Program-made: the position numbers and the translations under genes
The notes under the pieces: model-generated
Seen by the model: only the letters and a program-made list of their open reading frames with translations
What the model was told of the DNA's origin: nothing
Databases searched by the model: none
Shown: in pieces, positions 1-8,506 of the stretch
Position numbering within the stretch: the stretch's first letter is position 1
Layout of the letters: every line of letters starts with the position of its first letter
Source of the DNA: Flavobacteriales bacterium
GTDB lineage: Bacteria; Bacteroidota; Bacteroidia; UBA10329
Direction: 5' to 3'
Assembly: GCA_016124845.1 (NCBI GenBank)
Contig: WGMW01000003.1
Location: 27,824-91,823, forward strand
Length of the DNA: 64,000 nt

Positions 1-1291
1 ACACCTTCTCGCTCATCTCGTCCGTTATCTCGAACGTGGATTGCAGGTCGGCACCCGTTTTCTTCACCACCTCATCCATAATTGCCTTGTACAGCGAATT
101 CGTGCCTGGGTCGTTGAACTGACTGGCAATCGTTCCATAAACAGGAACATCCTCGTCCTTCATATCCCACAACTGGCGGTTGCGCTTGTACTGCTTCTTC
201 ACATCGCGAAGCGCATCCAACGCACCGCGCTTATCGAACTTGTTGATGGCCACCAGATCGGCAAAATCAAGCATGTCGATCTTCTCCAACTGCGTGGCCG
301 CTCCGAACTCAGGTGTCATCACATACAACGAAACATCGCTGTGATCCATGATCTCCGTATCGCTCTGGCCAATTCCCGAAGTTTCGAGAATGATCAGGTC
401 GTAATGCGCGGCCTTCAGGATATCCACCGCTTCCTGCACGTGCTTGCTCATCGCCAAATTGCTCTGGCGCGTGGCCAACGAACGCATAAAAACACGCGGG
501 TTTCTGATGGCGTTCATGCGGATACGGTCGCCCAAAAGCGCACCGCCCGTTTTCCGCTTCGTTGGATCCACCGAAACGATCGCGATCGTCTTCTCTGGGA
601 AATCGATCAAGTACCTGCGCACCAGCTCATCCACCAACGATGATTTTCCTGCACCGCCCGTACCCGTAATTCCCAAAACGGGTACCCCTCCTGACCTCCC
701 CGAGGGGGAGGAAATCTGCTTCGCCAGTTCATCCGCATACTTTGCGTGAAATCCCTCATTATCATTCTCCGCAATCGTAATAAGCCGCGCAATTGTGTTG
801 ACACTCGAAGGTTTCAACCTTCGAACTCCCTCCCCTTTGGGGAGGTCAGGAGGGGTCGTATCGCATTGCTCCACCATATCGTTGATCATGCCCTGCAGGC
901 CCATCTCGCGGCCATCGTCAGGGTGATAAATGCGCGAAATGCCGTACGCGTGCAGCTCTTGAATCTCTTCAGGCAGAATGGTTCCGCCACCGCCACCGAA
1001 AATCTTGATGTGCCCCGCGCCCTTCTCCTTCAGCAGGTCGTGCATGTACTTGAAATACTCCGTGTGGCCGCCCTGGTAACTCGTCATCGCAATGGCCTGC
1101 ACATCCTCCTGAATGGCGCAGTTCACCACTTCCTCCACGCTGCGGTCGTGCCCCAAATGGATCACCTCGCAGCCCGTGCTCTGTATGATCCTGCGCATAA
1201 TGTTGATGGCCGCATCGTGCCCGTCAAAAAGGCTGGCCGCGGTCACAATTCTGATCTTATTCTTCGGTCTGTATGGCGCTACTTCCTGCAT
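1..1291 (-). CDS. icmF: Fused isobutyryl-CoA mutase (IcmF-like), 5' part only. It has an N-terminal B12-binding domain and a MeaB/ArgK-type GTPase. The gene runs off the window start.
   Basis: My reverse-complement translation starts at an ATG at 1291..1289 and reads [30 protein letters not shown] (B12-binding DxHxx motif). A G-domain P-loop [12 protein letters not shown] and ETSGIGQSD follow. The ORF is absent from the track because it has no stop inside the window. The plus-strand ORFs 41..643 and 746..1324 are its antisense shadows. Confidence 0.8.
   Translation of the reverse strand, partial: MQEVAPYRPKNKIRIVTAASLFDGHDAAINIMRRIIQSTGCEVIHLGHDRSVEEVVNCAIQEDVQAIAMTSYQGGHTEYFKYMHDLLKEKGAGHIKIFGGGGGTILPEEIQELHAYGISRIYHPDDGREMGLQGMINDMVEQCDTTPPDLPKGEGVRRLKPSSVNTIARLITIAENDNEGFHAKYADELAKQISSPSGRSGGVPVLGITGTGGAGKSSLVDELVRRYLIDFPEKTIAIVSVDPTKRKTGGALLGDRIRMNAIRNPRVFMRSLATRQSNLAMSKHVQEAVDILKAAHYDLIILETSGIGQSDTEIMDHSDVSLYVMTPEFGAATQLEKIDMLDFADLVAINKFDKRGALDALRDVKKQYKRNRQLWDMKDEDVPVYGTIASQFNDPGTNSLYKAIMDEVVKKTGADLQSTFEITDEMSEKV
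690..860. repeat. GC-rich palindromic element inserted in frame in the IcmF linker. It has inverted repeats of about 25 bp and internal hairpins.
   Basis: CCCTCCTGACCTCCCCGAGGGGGAGG at 693-720 is nearly the reverse complement of CTCCCCTTTGGGGAGGTCAGGAGGGG at 832-858. Between them lies a second hairpin, TCGAAGGTTTCAACCTTCGA. The same GGGGAGGTCAG / CCCCTTTCAAGGGGAGG motifs recur at 42690-42835. Confidence 0.5.
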
Positions 1292-1339
1292 CGTCTCGTG
1301 TTATTCCGCGAATTTACGATTTAGCCTTTGGGGTTTATT

Positions 1340-2440
1340 GATTCTTGCCCATAGGTAGCCTGCGCTGATTTCTATGACACGACTAAATTATCCTGATACG
1401 GTTTTTGGTTTTTTATCACAGCAAAAGCCCTGTGCAGTATCTTGTTTCTTACTGCATTCAAAACGCTCATTTTGTTTTTGCCCTCGGCTACTTTTCTCAG
1501 ATAATAGGTTCTTAGTTCACCGTCCAAACGGATGGAACTCATTGCGGCCAGATGAAGAATTCCTTTCAGGTCTCTATCAGCATAGTGCGACACCCTACTT
1601 CTGCCTCTGACCGATGTTCCGGATGAGTGTTCAAAAGGTACAACGCCAGCGTAACAGGCCATTTTACGCGGGTCGGATATGGAGATGAACCCGTTGGTCT
1701 TGTAGAGCAGATTCCAACAAAGGACCTTGCCGATGCCTGTAACCGTCCGCAGAAGTTTGCTCTGCTGATTCAGACTTTCATCCTGCTTCACCAGTTCATC
1801 CAGAGCTGTCTCTACGATCTAACATGCTTATTGAGATCTTTGATCAGTCCTCGATTGTTCCCTGTCAATGCTTTTTTGGTGGGACCATTGTCCAAAAGGT
1901 CAAAGTCTTTCTGTGCGCAAAGCGTCTGAGTCTTCATTTTTTTCAATCGTCTGCGTTCAGAGATCAGAACACCCAAGGCGTCTATCACCTTTCTTTTCGG
2001 TTTCCAGGGAGTGAGTTCCGCGTGGTTCTTTCCGATGAAATTGCAGATACGCTTGGCATCTGTCCGGTCATCCTTGCCCCTTACCAGTCCAAGGCTCTTG
2101 CTGATGTGCAGTGGGTTGATGACAAAGACTTTGAAACAATGGTCGCTCAACACACTCAGTAACGGCCAGTTGTACCTTCCGGTGTTCTCCATACCGATAA
2201 TGAAAAAGCCTTCATTCAAATGTTTCTTGAAGAACTTTCGAATGCTGCCGGTGGTGTTATCAATACGATGGTCATCGTAATTGCCGTCCGACCCCAAGCT
2301 GATGTCCAAGGTCTTTTTACTGATGTCCACTCCCACAAATACTTCATGTTTATTCATGATTTTGATTTTAAGAGGTCTACTTAAGGAGAAGGAAGGATAC
2401 ACAGTGGAACTTAACTCCTATAATGGGTCGTGGGTCCGAA
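1340..2440 (-). mobile_element. IS110-family insertion sequence with a disrupted transposase. Boundaries are approximate.
   Basis: Two adjacent minus-strand ORFs cover the two halves of an IS110-type transposase. IS110 elements lack terminal inverted repeats, so the ends cannot be fixed by eye. Confidence 0.6.
1372..2402 (-). pseudogene. IS110-family transposase split into two ORFs by a frameshift or stop. The N-terminal DEDD domain is at 1812..2402 and the C-terminal domain at 1372..1791.
   Basis: The N-terminal ORF reads MNKHEVFVGVDISKKTLD...NTGRYNWPL, typical of the IS110 N-terminal catalytic domain. The C-terminal ORF reads CYAGVVPFEHSSGTSVRGRSRVSHYADRDLKGILHLAAMSSIR, typical of the C-terminal domain. 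The two are in different frames and separated by about 20 bp. Confidence 0.7.
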
Positions 2441-2695
2441 TTTCTATTTGAGTACTGGCTGTGGTAAGAAAGTGGAGGTCTGAATCAGCGCGTAAGCATC
2501 AAAGCTTGGAGCCTGCCGTAGTTCACCTCCTATTTCTTCTTTTCTACATCCTTTTAAAGACTGGTTTACACTTGCAAAATGTCAATGCAAGTCTAAAGGA
2601 GCCTGCCGAACTATCGAAGGATTGGCGTTCCCTTGCGTGTTCGTTCAGTTAACTATTTCATGGATTCAAAGGGGCTCATTATGACCCTGTCGAAT

Positions 2696-3199
2696 TCATT
2701 CATACAGATAAGGCTCCTGCGCGTACGCCATCTTCCGCACGTTCTCCAACACATGCCGCATGTAAATGCGCCAGAAGGTGTTGGCAAACAGCCAATTGAA
2801 CGGGTAGAGCAAAGGCGCGTTGGAATGTAGCGTGTACGTATAGGTGATGGCCGTGGTATCGGTATCTATTGCCGTGGTGCTCCATTCGCCCACAAAGCGG
2901 GTAAAGCCCAGCATCCACGAAGTGAAATTGCCCACTTCGATCTTCCAGTATTCATTTTCCACGCGTTCCAGCACCGTGTCGGTAGAGCCCACGCCTCCTT
3001 TCTGCGTCAGCGAGGGAGCCACATGGATCGCCTTGCTGGCACCCACTTTGCCCCAATCGGCATCATCGGTGGTGTGCGTCACCTTGGGCATCAGCCCGAA
3101 ACCCGTGTGCACCTTCGTCACATCGCAGAGCATGGGCGTTCGGAACGCTCGCTCCAGAGGACAATCAAAAACCGTACATACCGTTACTTTGAACTCCAT
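2696..3199 (-). CDS. Hypothetical protein of 167 aa, possibly SRPBCC/cyclase-like.
   Basis: A clean ORF that overlaps the downstream acyltransferase by 16 bp. I see no diagnostic motif. Confidence 0.4.
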   Translation of the reverse strand: MEFKVTVCTVFDCPLERAFRTPMLCDVTKVHTGFGLMPKVTHTTDDADWGKVGASKAIHVAPSLTQKGGVGSTDTVLERVENEYWKIEVGNFTSWMLGFTRFVGEWSTTAIDTDTTAITYTYTLHSNAPLLYPFNWLFANTFWRIYMRHVLENVRKMAYAQEPYLYE

Positions 3200-4242
3200 T
3201 TCATCAGAATAAGCCGTTTCATCCGCTTTTCAAACAGCAGGTAGCTCGCCACGCTGGTCAGGGTAAGGATGACAAAGTAGAGGTAGAACCGTCCATTGCC
3301 CAGGGCATCATCAGGTACTACTTGTTCAAATACAAGATATATGGGCCATTGAAGGATGTACAGCGCGTAGCTGGCGTTGCCCAGCAGCTCAAGCGGTTTG
3401 GCAGCAAGCAGGCGTGTAAAGGCCGAACGGTCTGCCGCCAACCCCAACAACACCATGAAGTAGATGGGAGAGAGCAGGCCGTTGTGCGTGTAAGGCCGAA
3501 CTGGGTTCTGCGTGGTAAGGATGCCAACGAAGAGAAGCGCTCCTACCACGTAAAGCACTTTGGAGAGCACTGGGCGAGGATTTTCCGTCAACTGCATCTC
3601 TTGAATGAACCGCGCACCCAGCATCCCGAAAACGAACGCGTTGAGATGCCATGGCGGAAAATAAAGGATGAACTGACCGATGGCAGGGTCATTCGGTCGG
3701 TACAGGTACTTGGAGGCAAGCACATGCAGCACACCGCTTATCGCCCATAGCGCAAGGGTGGCAACCGTAGCATTTGTAAGCGAAAGCCTGCGGAATGGTA
3801 CCACCAGCAACGGGAACATGAGATAGAGGAACATCTCCACCGAAATGGACCATCCCGGAAAGTTGATGGCCAGGCAACTGCCCGGGGCCCACGCATGTAG
3901 CGACAACGCCTGTAGAATGATGCTCAACCCACGCGGATAGGCGTTCTTGAAGACCATCATCAGCACCAGCGCGGCCACAAATGCCAGCAGGTACGTGGGA
4001 TAGATGCGGGCAATGCGTTTCAGCATAAAGGGGCCGAACCGTAGCGTTGTATCGTTCATGTAGCGGATGCCCAGCACCATGCCCGACAGGAAAAAAAAGA
4101 AGCTGACCGCAATGGAACCTTCATTTACCAGTTCCTTCAGCCCGCCTTGGTCGAATGGAAAGACATCCTTCCCAAAATGGAATACCACTACCAAAGCGGC
4201 CGCCAGAAAGCGCAGAAACGTGAACTGACCGATGTACCTCAT
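3184..4242 (-). CDS. Acyltransferase family 3 (membrane O-acyltransferase).
   Basis: About 10 predicted transmembrane segments. The N-terminus reads FLRFLAAALVVVFHFGKDVFPF, typical of Acyl_transf_3. Confidence 0.7.
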   Translation of the reverse strand: MRYIGQFTFLRFLAAALVVVFHFGKDVFPFDQGGLKELVNEGSIAVSFFFFLSGMVLGIRYMNDTTLRFGPFMLKRIARIYPTYLLAFVAALVLMMVFKNAYPRGLSIILQALSLHAWAPGSCLAINFPGWSISVEMFLYLMFPLLVVPFRRLSLTNATVATLALWAISGVLHVLASKYLYRPNDPAIGQFILYFPPWHLNAFVFGMLGARFIQEMQLTENPRPVLSKVLYVVGALLFVGILTTQNPVRPYTHNGLLSPIYFMVLLGLAADRSAFTRLLAAKPLELLGNASYALYILQWPIYLVFEQVVPDDALGNGRFYLYFVILTLTSVASYLLFEKRMKRLILMKWSSK

Positions 4243-4363
4243 CCGCCCCGAATGTAGGTTTTAATGAGTATCATTTCCATTGACCGAACCAGATCGACCA
4301 GAAATGTAAAAGAGTGTTAATGCCATACAACCGGTTCGTATTATCCTCACATTTGCTGACGCA

Positions 4364-5641
4364 ATGGGAGCAGACGAACACAATATTCCCACCATCGACC
4401 TGCCAAGGGTTGTGATCATCGGAGGCGGATTTGCCGGCCTCAAACTGGCAAAGGGTATCGACAGCCGCCTGTACCAAACGGTGCTCATCGACAAGAACAA
4501 CTATCACACCTTTCAGCCCTTGATGTATCAGGTGGCAAGCTCTGGCCTCGAACCCGATTCCATTGCTTACCCGCTTCGCAAGATCTTCAAAGGCAAAGAG
4601 CATTTCCATTTCCGCATGGCGGATGTCTCGAAGGTTGATGTTGAAAGTAAGGTGGTTGAAACGAGCATCGGCCCCATTCATTACGATAAATTGGTGGTGG
4701 CCACAGGAGCCGATAGCAATTTCTTCGGAATGGAAAATGTGGAGAAGCACAGCATGCCAATGAAAAATCTCGTGGAGTCATTGAACCTTCGAAGCCGTAT
4801 TCTCAAATGCTTTGAGAAGGCTCTCAATGCAACCGACATTGCCGAACAGGAAGCACTGATGAGTTTCGTCATAGTTGGTGGAGGTCCAACAGGTGTGGAG
4901 TTGGCAGGGGCGCTGGCCGAACTGAAGAAACAGATACTTCCTACCGATTATCCCGATCTGGACATCCGCAGAATGCAGGTGCATGTGGTAGAGGCTGCCG
5001 ACCGACTGTTGGCCAATATGAGTGACCATGCATCCACCGCAACACTCAAATTCCTCAAATCGATGGGCGTGAACGTCTGGCTCGGCCATCAGGTTAAGGA
5101 TTTTGACGGCAAAGAGGTGGTTACCGACAAGCATACGTTCCGCAGTCATACGCTTATCTGGGCGGCAGGTGTAAAAGGAATGCCCATTGGCGGGCTGGAT
5201 GCGAGCTTGACACGCGGCAACCGCCTGGAGACCAATGCCCAGCACGAGGTAAAGGGAATGAGCGACATTTATGCCGTGGGAGATGTTTCAGCTGTAAAAT
5301 CGGAAACCACACCGAACGGATATCCCATGCTGGCTTCCGTGGCAGGGCAGCAGGGCGCGCATCTGGCCAAGAACCTCAACGCCTTGGCCAAAGGCCGCAA
5401 GACCACCGATTTCAAATTCAACGACAAAGGAACCATGGCCACCATTGGCCGTAACCGTGCCGTGGTAGATCTTCCCAATGCCAAGTTCAGCGGGCTGTTC
5501 GCTTGGTTCACTTGGATGTTCGTTCACCTGATGCTGCTTGTCGATTTCCGGAGCCGCTTAGTGGTATTCATCAACTGGGCGTGGAGCTACATCAATTTCG
5601 ATAAGGGAACACGGCTCATCGTTCGTTCGGAGGACGATTGA
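4364..5641 (+). CDS. ndh: Type II NADH dehydrogenase (NDH-2), an FAD-dependent pyridine nucleotide-disulfide oxidoreductase.
   Basis: VVIIGGGFAGLKLAKG is the dinucleotide-binding motif. VIVGGGPTGVELAGALAE is the second GxGxxG. The C-terminus has a membrane-anchoring helix. Confidence 0.8.
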   Translation: MGADEHNIPTIDLPRVVIIGGGFAGLKLAKGIDSRLYQTVLIDKNNYHTFQPLMYQVASSGLEPDSIAYPLRKIFKGKEHFHFRMADVSKVDVESKVVETSIGPIHYDKLVVATGADSNFFGMENVEKHSMPMKNLVESLNLRSRILKCFEKALNATDIAEQEALMSFVIVGGGPTGVELAGALAELKKQILPTDYPDLDIRRMQVHVVEAADRLLANMSDHASTATLKFLKSMGVNVWLGHQVKDFDGKEVVTDKHTFRSHTLIWAAGVKGMPIGGLDASLTRGNRLETNAQHEVKGMSDIYAVGDVSAVKSETTPNGYPMLASVAGQQGAHLAKNLNALAKGRKTTDFKFNDKGTMATIGRNRAVVDLPNAKFSGLFAWFTWMFVHLMLLVDFRSRLVVFINWAWSYINFDKGTRLIVRSEDD

Positions 5642-6047
5642 GCTCTCGTTATATAAAGTTTTCTCTTGAAGGGTTTGGTCATGTCACCACGCATTCAACA
5701 ATGCGACATGATCTTTCAAATCTGATAAATTCTTCCGTGCCGAAAGTCTTAAGGCTTCCGCTGTTTTAAGGGTTTGGAAGGAGGTTCTATGAATTGGATT
5801 CAACAGAAAATCCCACAACTACAAATAAAGGACATTGAAAGTATGACCTTTTCAGCCCATCGGTTTTAGAAAGAACAAGGGGTATAAACATGGAAAATCC
5901 CAAGGATGGTCAGAGGGTTGGTCTCTATTCGGATTTGTTCGTTCGCTTCACGGTCTGGTTATGGAGTCCATGGAAAATCATCCTTTCGACCAGGAAAGAC
6001 GAGAGGATTGAACCTTGCGCCAAATGGATTGTTTACCTTCCACCATG

Positions 6048-6677
6048 AAGTATTCCATCGTTATAGTATCTATCATTCTCATCGGAGCGATGAGTATTTT
6101 CGGAACCACCAAAAACGAACAGAAAATGAGCAGCAGCGAGGCCGCATTGGAGAAAGCAACTTTCGGAGCAGGGTGTTTCTGGTGTGTGGAGGCCATGTTT
6201 CAGGACATCAAAGGCGTTACCAGCGTGGTGTCTGGCTACAGTGGCGGACACGTGAAAAATCCGTCTTACAAGGAGGTTTGCACGGGAAGAACGGGCCATG
6301 CGGAGGTCATTCAAGTGACCTACGACCCCGATATTGTCTCCTACGAAACGCTGCTGGAGGCCTTCTTCCTCTCGCACGACCCAACGCAACTCAACCGCCA
6401 AGGCGCGGATGTAGGTACGCAGTACCGCTCGGTGATCTTCTACCACACGGCTGTGCAACAGCAGTTGGCAGAGGAGAAAAAGGCGGCACTGAACAGGGAA
6501 GATGCCTTCGGTGCACCAGTGGTAACTGAGATCTCAGCGTTTGAAACGTTCTACCCAGCGGAAGATTACCATCAGGATTACTACGCCATCAACCCCAACC
6601 AGCCGTACTGCTCACGCGTGGTGGGCCCCAAACTGGACAAGTTCAGGAAGGTGTTTAAGGACAAACTCAAGCACTAA
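6048..6677 (+). CDS. msrA: Peptide methionine sulfoxide reductase MsrA with a signal peptide.
   Basis: GAGCFWCVEAMF is the catalytic GCFWC motif, followed by HAEVIQVTYDP. The ORF track starts at 6015. MKYSIVIVSIILIGAMS at 6048 is the more likely start. Confidence 0.85.
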   Translation, partial: KYSIVIVSIILIGAMSIFGTTKNEQKMSSSEAALEKATFGAGCFWCVEAMFQDIKGVTSVVSGYSGGHVKNPSYKEVCTGRTGHAEVIQVTYDPDIVSYETLLEAFFLSHDPTQLNRQGADVGTQYRSVIFYHTAVQQQLAEEKKAALNREDAFGAPVVTEISAFETFYPAEDYHQDYYAINPNQPYCSRVVGPKLDKFRKVFKDKLKH

Positions 6678-7081
6678 CCTCTCAGGTGCCGCCACCCTGA
6701 GCCTGCCCCGTTGCAGAACGGGGTTTCAGGGTCTAAACCAACTAATTCATCCGCCTCCGAGAAACCCAACCGGGCATTCGTCAAAGTCTCCTCATCAAAC
6801 CAATCAGCAGCAAGGTCATCCAAATTTGGATTGGCTTCGCTGATAAGATTGAACTTCCATTCACGGTGCCACCGTTTCAGTTGCTTTTCGCGGGAAATGG
6901 CCTGCGTCATATCGGGGAAATCCTCGTAATACAAAAGGTATTTACAGTTGTATTTCGAAGCGAATTCGGAACCCGTACCAACCTTATGTCTCAACATTCG
7001 CTTTTCCAGATTACCTGTTACACCGATATACAGCACGGTTCGTTCATAGTTGCTGATGATATAGAAGTACCCTTTGATCAT
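6674..7081 (-). CDS. GIY-YIG nuclease-family protein.
   Basis: YFYIISNYERTVLYIGVTGNLEKRMLRHK carries the GIY-YIG signature. Its end overlaps the msrA stop. It lies between msrA and a duplicated msrA 3' fragment. Confidence 0.7.
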   Translation of the reverse strand: MIKGYFYIISNYERTVLYIGVTGNLEKRMLRHKVGTGSEFASKYNCKYLLYYEDFPDMTQAISREKQLKRWHREWKFNLISEANPNLDDLAADWFDEETLTNARLGFSEADELVGLDPETPFCNGAGSGWRHLRG

Positions 7082-7132
7082 GGCCTATCAAAGTTAGTCT
7101 CCGTTTCAATCTTCTCAAACGTATCAGGTCGT

Positions 7133-7325
7133 GTCACCCTGAACTCGTTTCAGGGTCTGTGGTTACAAGGTTCTATGTGGATTCAGATGCTGAAACAAGT
7201 TCAGCATGACGCTTCGAGTTATCACACTGCATACGAGAGCGTGTCACCCTGAACTTGTTTCAGGGTCTATCCAATTTGGAACTATGGAATAGATGCTGAA
7301 TCCGCCTGAGGCGGACAGCATGACG
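7133..7325. repeat. Cluster of four hairpin repeats from the two-hairpin element family, in the GTCACCCTGAAC(T/A)(T/C)GTTTCAGGGTC and ATGCTGAAACAAGTTCAGCATGAC forms.
   Basis: Hairpins at 7133-7158, 7185-7211, 7241-7268 and 7291-7325. The last has an extra inner palindrome, CCGCCTGAGGCGG. Confidence 0.7.
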
Positions 7326-7346
7326 CTCCGATGGAGGTTAACAGAG

Positions 7347-7447
7347 GATTACTGCGCCATCAACCCCAACCAGCCGTACTGCTCACGCGTGGTAGGCCCC
7401 AAACCGGAGAAATTCAGAAAGGTGTTTAAGGATAGGTTGAAGAACTA
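7347..7447 (+). repeat. Duplicated 3'-terminal fragment of msrA of about 100 bp.
   Basis: GATTACTGCGCCATCAACCCCAACCAGCCGTACTGCTCACGCGTGGT...GGTGTTTAAGGA...TAA aligns to 6575-6677 at roughly 85% identity. Confidence 0.75.
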
Positions 7448-8503
7448 AGGGTTCAATTTGTAGTAGAGCAGGCATTTCTCTCCAATGACATCTCCATCTT
7501 CATTGAAGGTGTCGACAATAACTCCCAATCCAAGTACTTTCTTCTCGAACCTGAGGTTTTCGGGGTCGAAAAACCATTCTTCATCAAAGCGAAGTTTCTT
7601 GATTGTAGTCCAATCAGAAAGTTCATAACTGTGAGCTTGAATTTTGTTGTCCGTCATACCGGACAATAATGGGTCACTTGAATACCAATTGGATCTACCA
7701 TAAAAGAGGGTGGCTAGACCCGTATTGACGTATTCCGTTCTTTCAATGAGACTGTCAAACGGAAATTCACCCCAGAATGCTGGCAACGGAGTTACTGTAT
7801 CTCGAAGTGCATCAAACTTTAACGCACCAAAAAAACGTTCTCTTTTGGATGGCTCTAGGTAGTTGTGCCACCAGTTATAGTCGTTACACTCATTCTCTTG
7901 CGTTTTTGTAACGGGAACATCATAAATTATCCTACCAAGTGAGAATTTTTCTTGAAAAGAATTGATAGTGCTGTCATTGAGTGACGTGTAGTAATTACAG
8001 GTCATGCCAATGTTATGGGTGTATTTATCTTGAAAAAGAATGACTCCATTTACAACCTTTTTGAACACATTCGTTTTTTCATCATAGTGCCAGCTTTCTA
8101 AGAATGAAAGACTGTTTATCAGGTTTCTGTGTACCTGATTATCTCTTAACGCGTTTTTCCCCTTTTCACATTTGTACTGAATACTATCGTTCCATGAAAA
8201 ACGACCTTCGGCAAGTGCATGTCTCAACTTATTGAAAGGTTGAACCATATTTCCAACCTGATCGCCCCAATAATAGCTCGCTTGTAGTTTCCCATCTCGA
8301 ATTAAGTCGCACAGTTGATTTATGGCCTTGGTTTTTGATGAGTCGTCCAAAAACTCATAATAGTCACCAACCTTGCTCTTCTTTCCGTCAAATCTTACCG
8401 TGTAGATTATTCTATCAGTTATTTCTTCAAATGATTGTGCTCTTACATGGCCTCCATAAAGGCTGAGAAGTACTAGAAGCGAAAAGATGCGAAATGGATT
8501 CAT
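7445..8503 (-). CDS. Hypothetical secreted protein of 352 aa.
   Basis: Signal peptide MNPFRIFSLLVLLSLYGGHVRA. GC is lower than in neighbouring genes. No motif recognised. Confidence 0.5.
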   Translation of the reverse strand: MNPFRIFSLLVLLSLYGGHVRAQSFEEITDRIIYTVRFDGKKSKVGDYYEFLDDSSKTKAINQLCDLIRDGKLQASYYWGDQVGNMVQPFNKLRHALAEGRFSWNDSIQYKCEKGKNALRDNQVHRNLINSLSFLESWHYDEKTNVFKKVVNGVILFQDKYTHNIGMTCNYYTSLNDSTINSFQEKFSLGRIIYDVPVTKTQENECNDYNWWHNYLEPSKRERFFGALKFDALRDTVTPLPAFWGEFPFDSLIERTEYVNTGLATLFYGRSNWYSSDPLLSGMTDNKIQAHSYELSDWTTIKKLRFDEEWFFDPENLRFEKKVLGLGVIVDTFNEDGDVIGEKCLLYYKLNP

Positions 8504-8506
8504 TCC

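Noticed and set aside
41-1324. Plus-strand ORFs 41..643, 444..749 and 746..1324.
   Set aside because: They are antisense shadows of the edge-truncated IcmF gene on the minus strand. Their translations are Arg/His-rich with no motifs.
5990-6030. tRNA-like GGATTGAACC segment.
   Set aside because: The flanking bases cannot form a T-stem or acceptor stem.
5906-6529. ORF 5906..6529 (+) of 207 aa overlapping msrA in another frame.
   Set aside because: msrA carries the catalytic GCFWC motif in the other frame. This ORF is a frame shadow.
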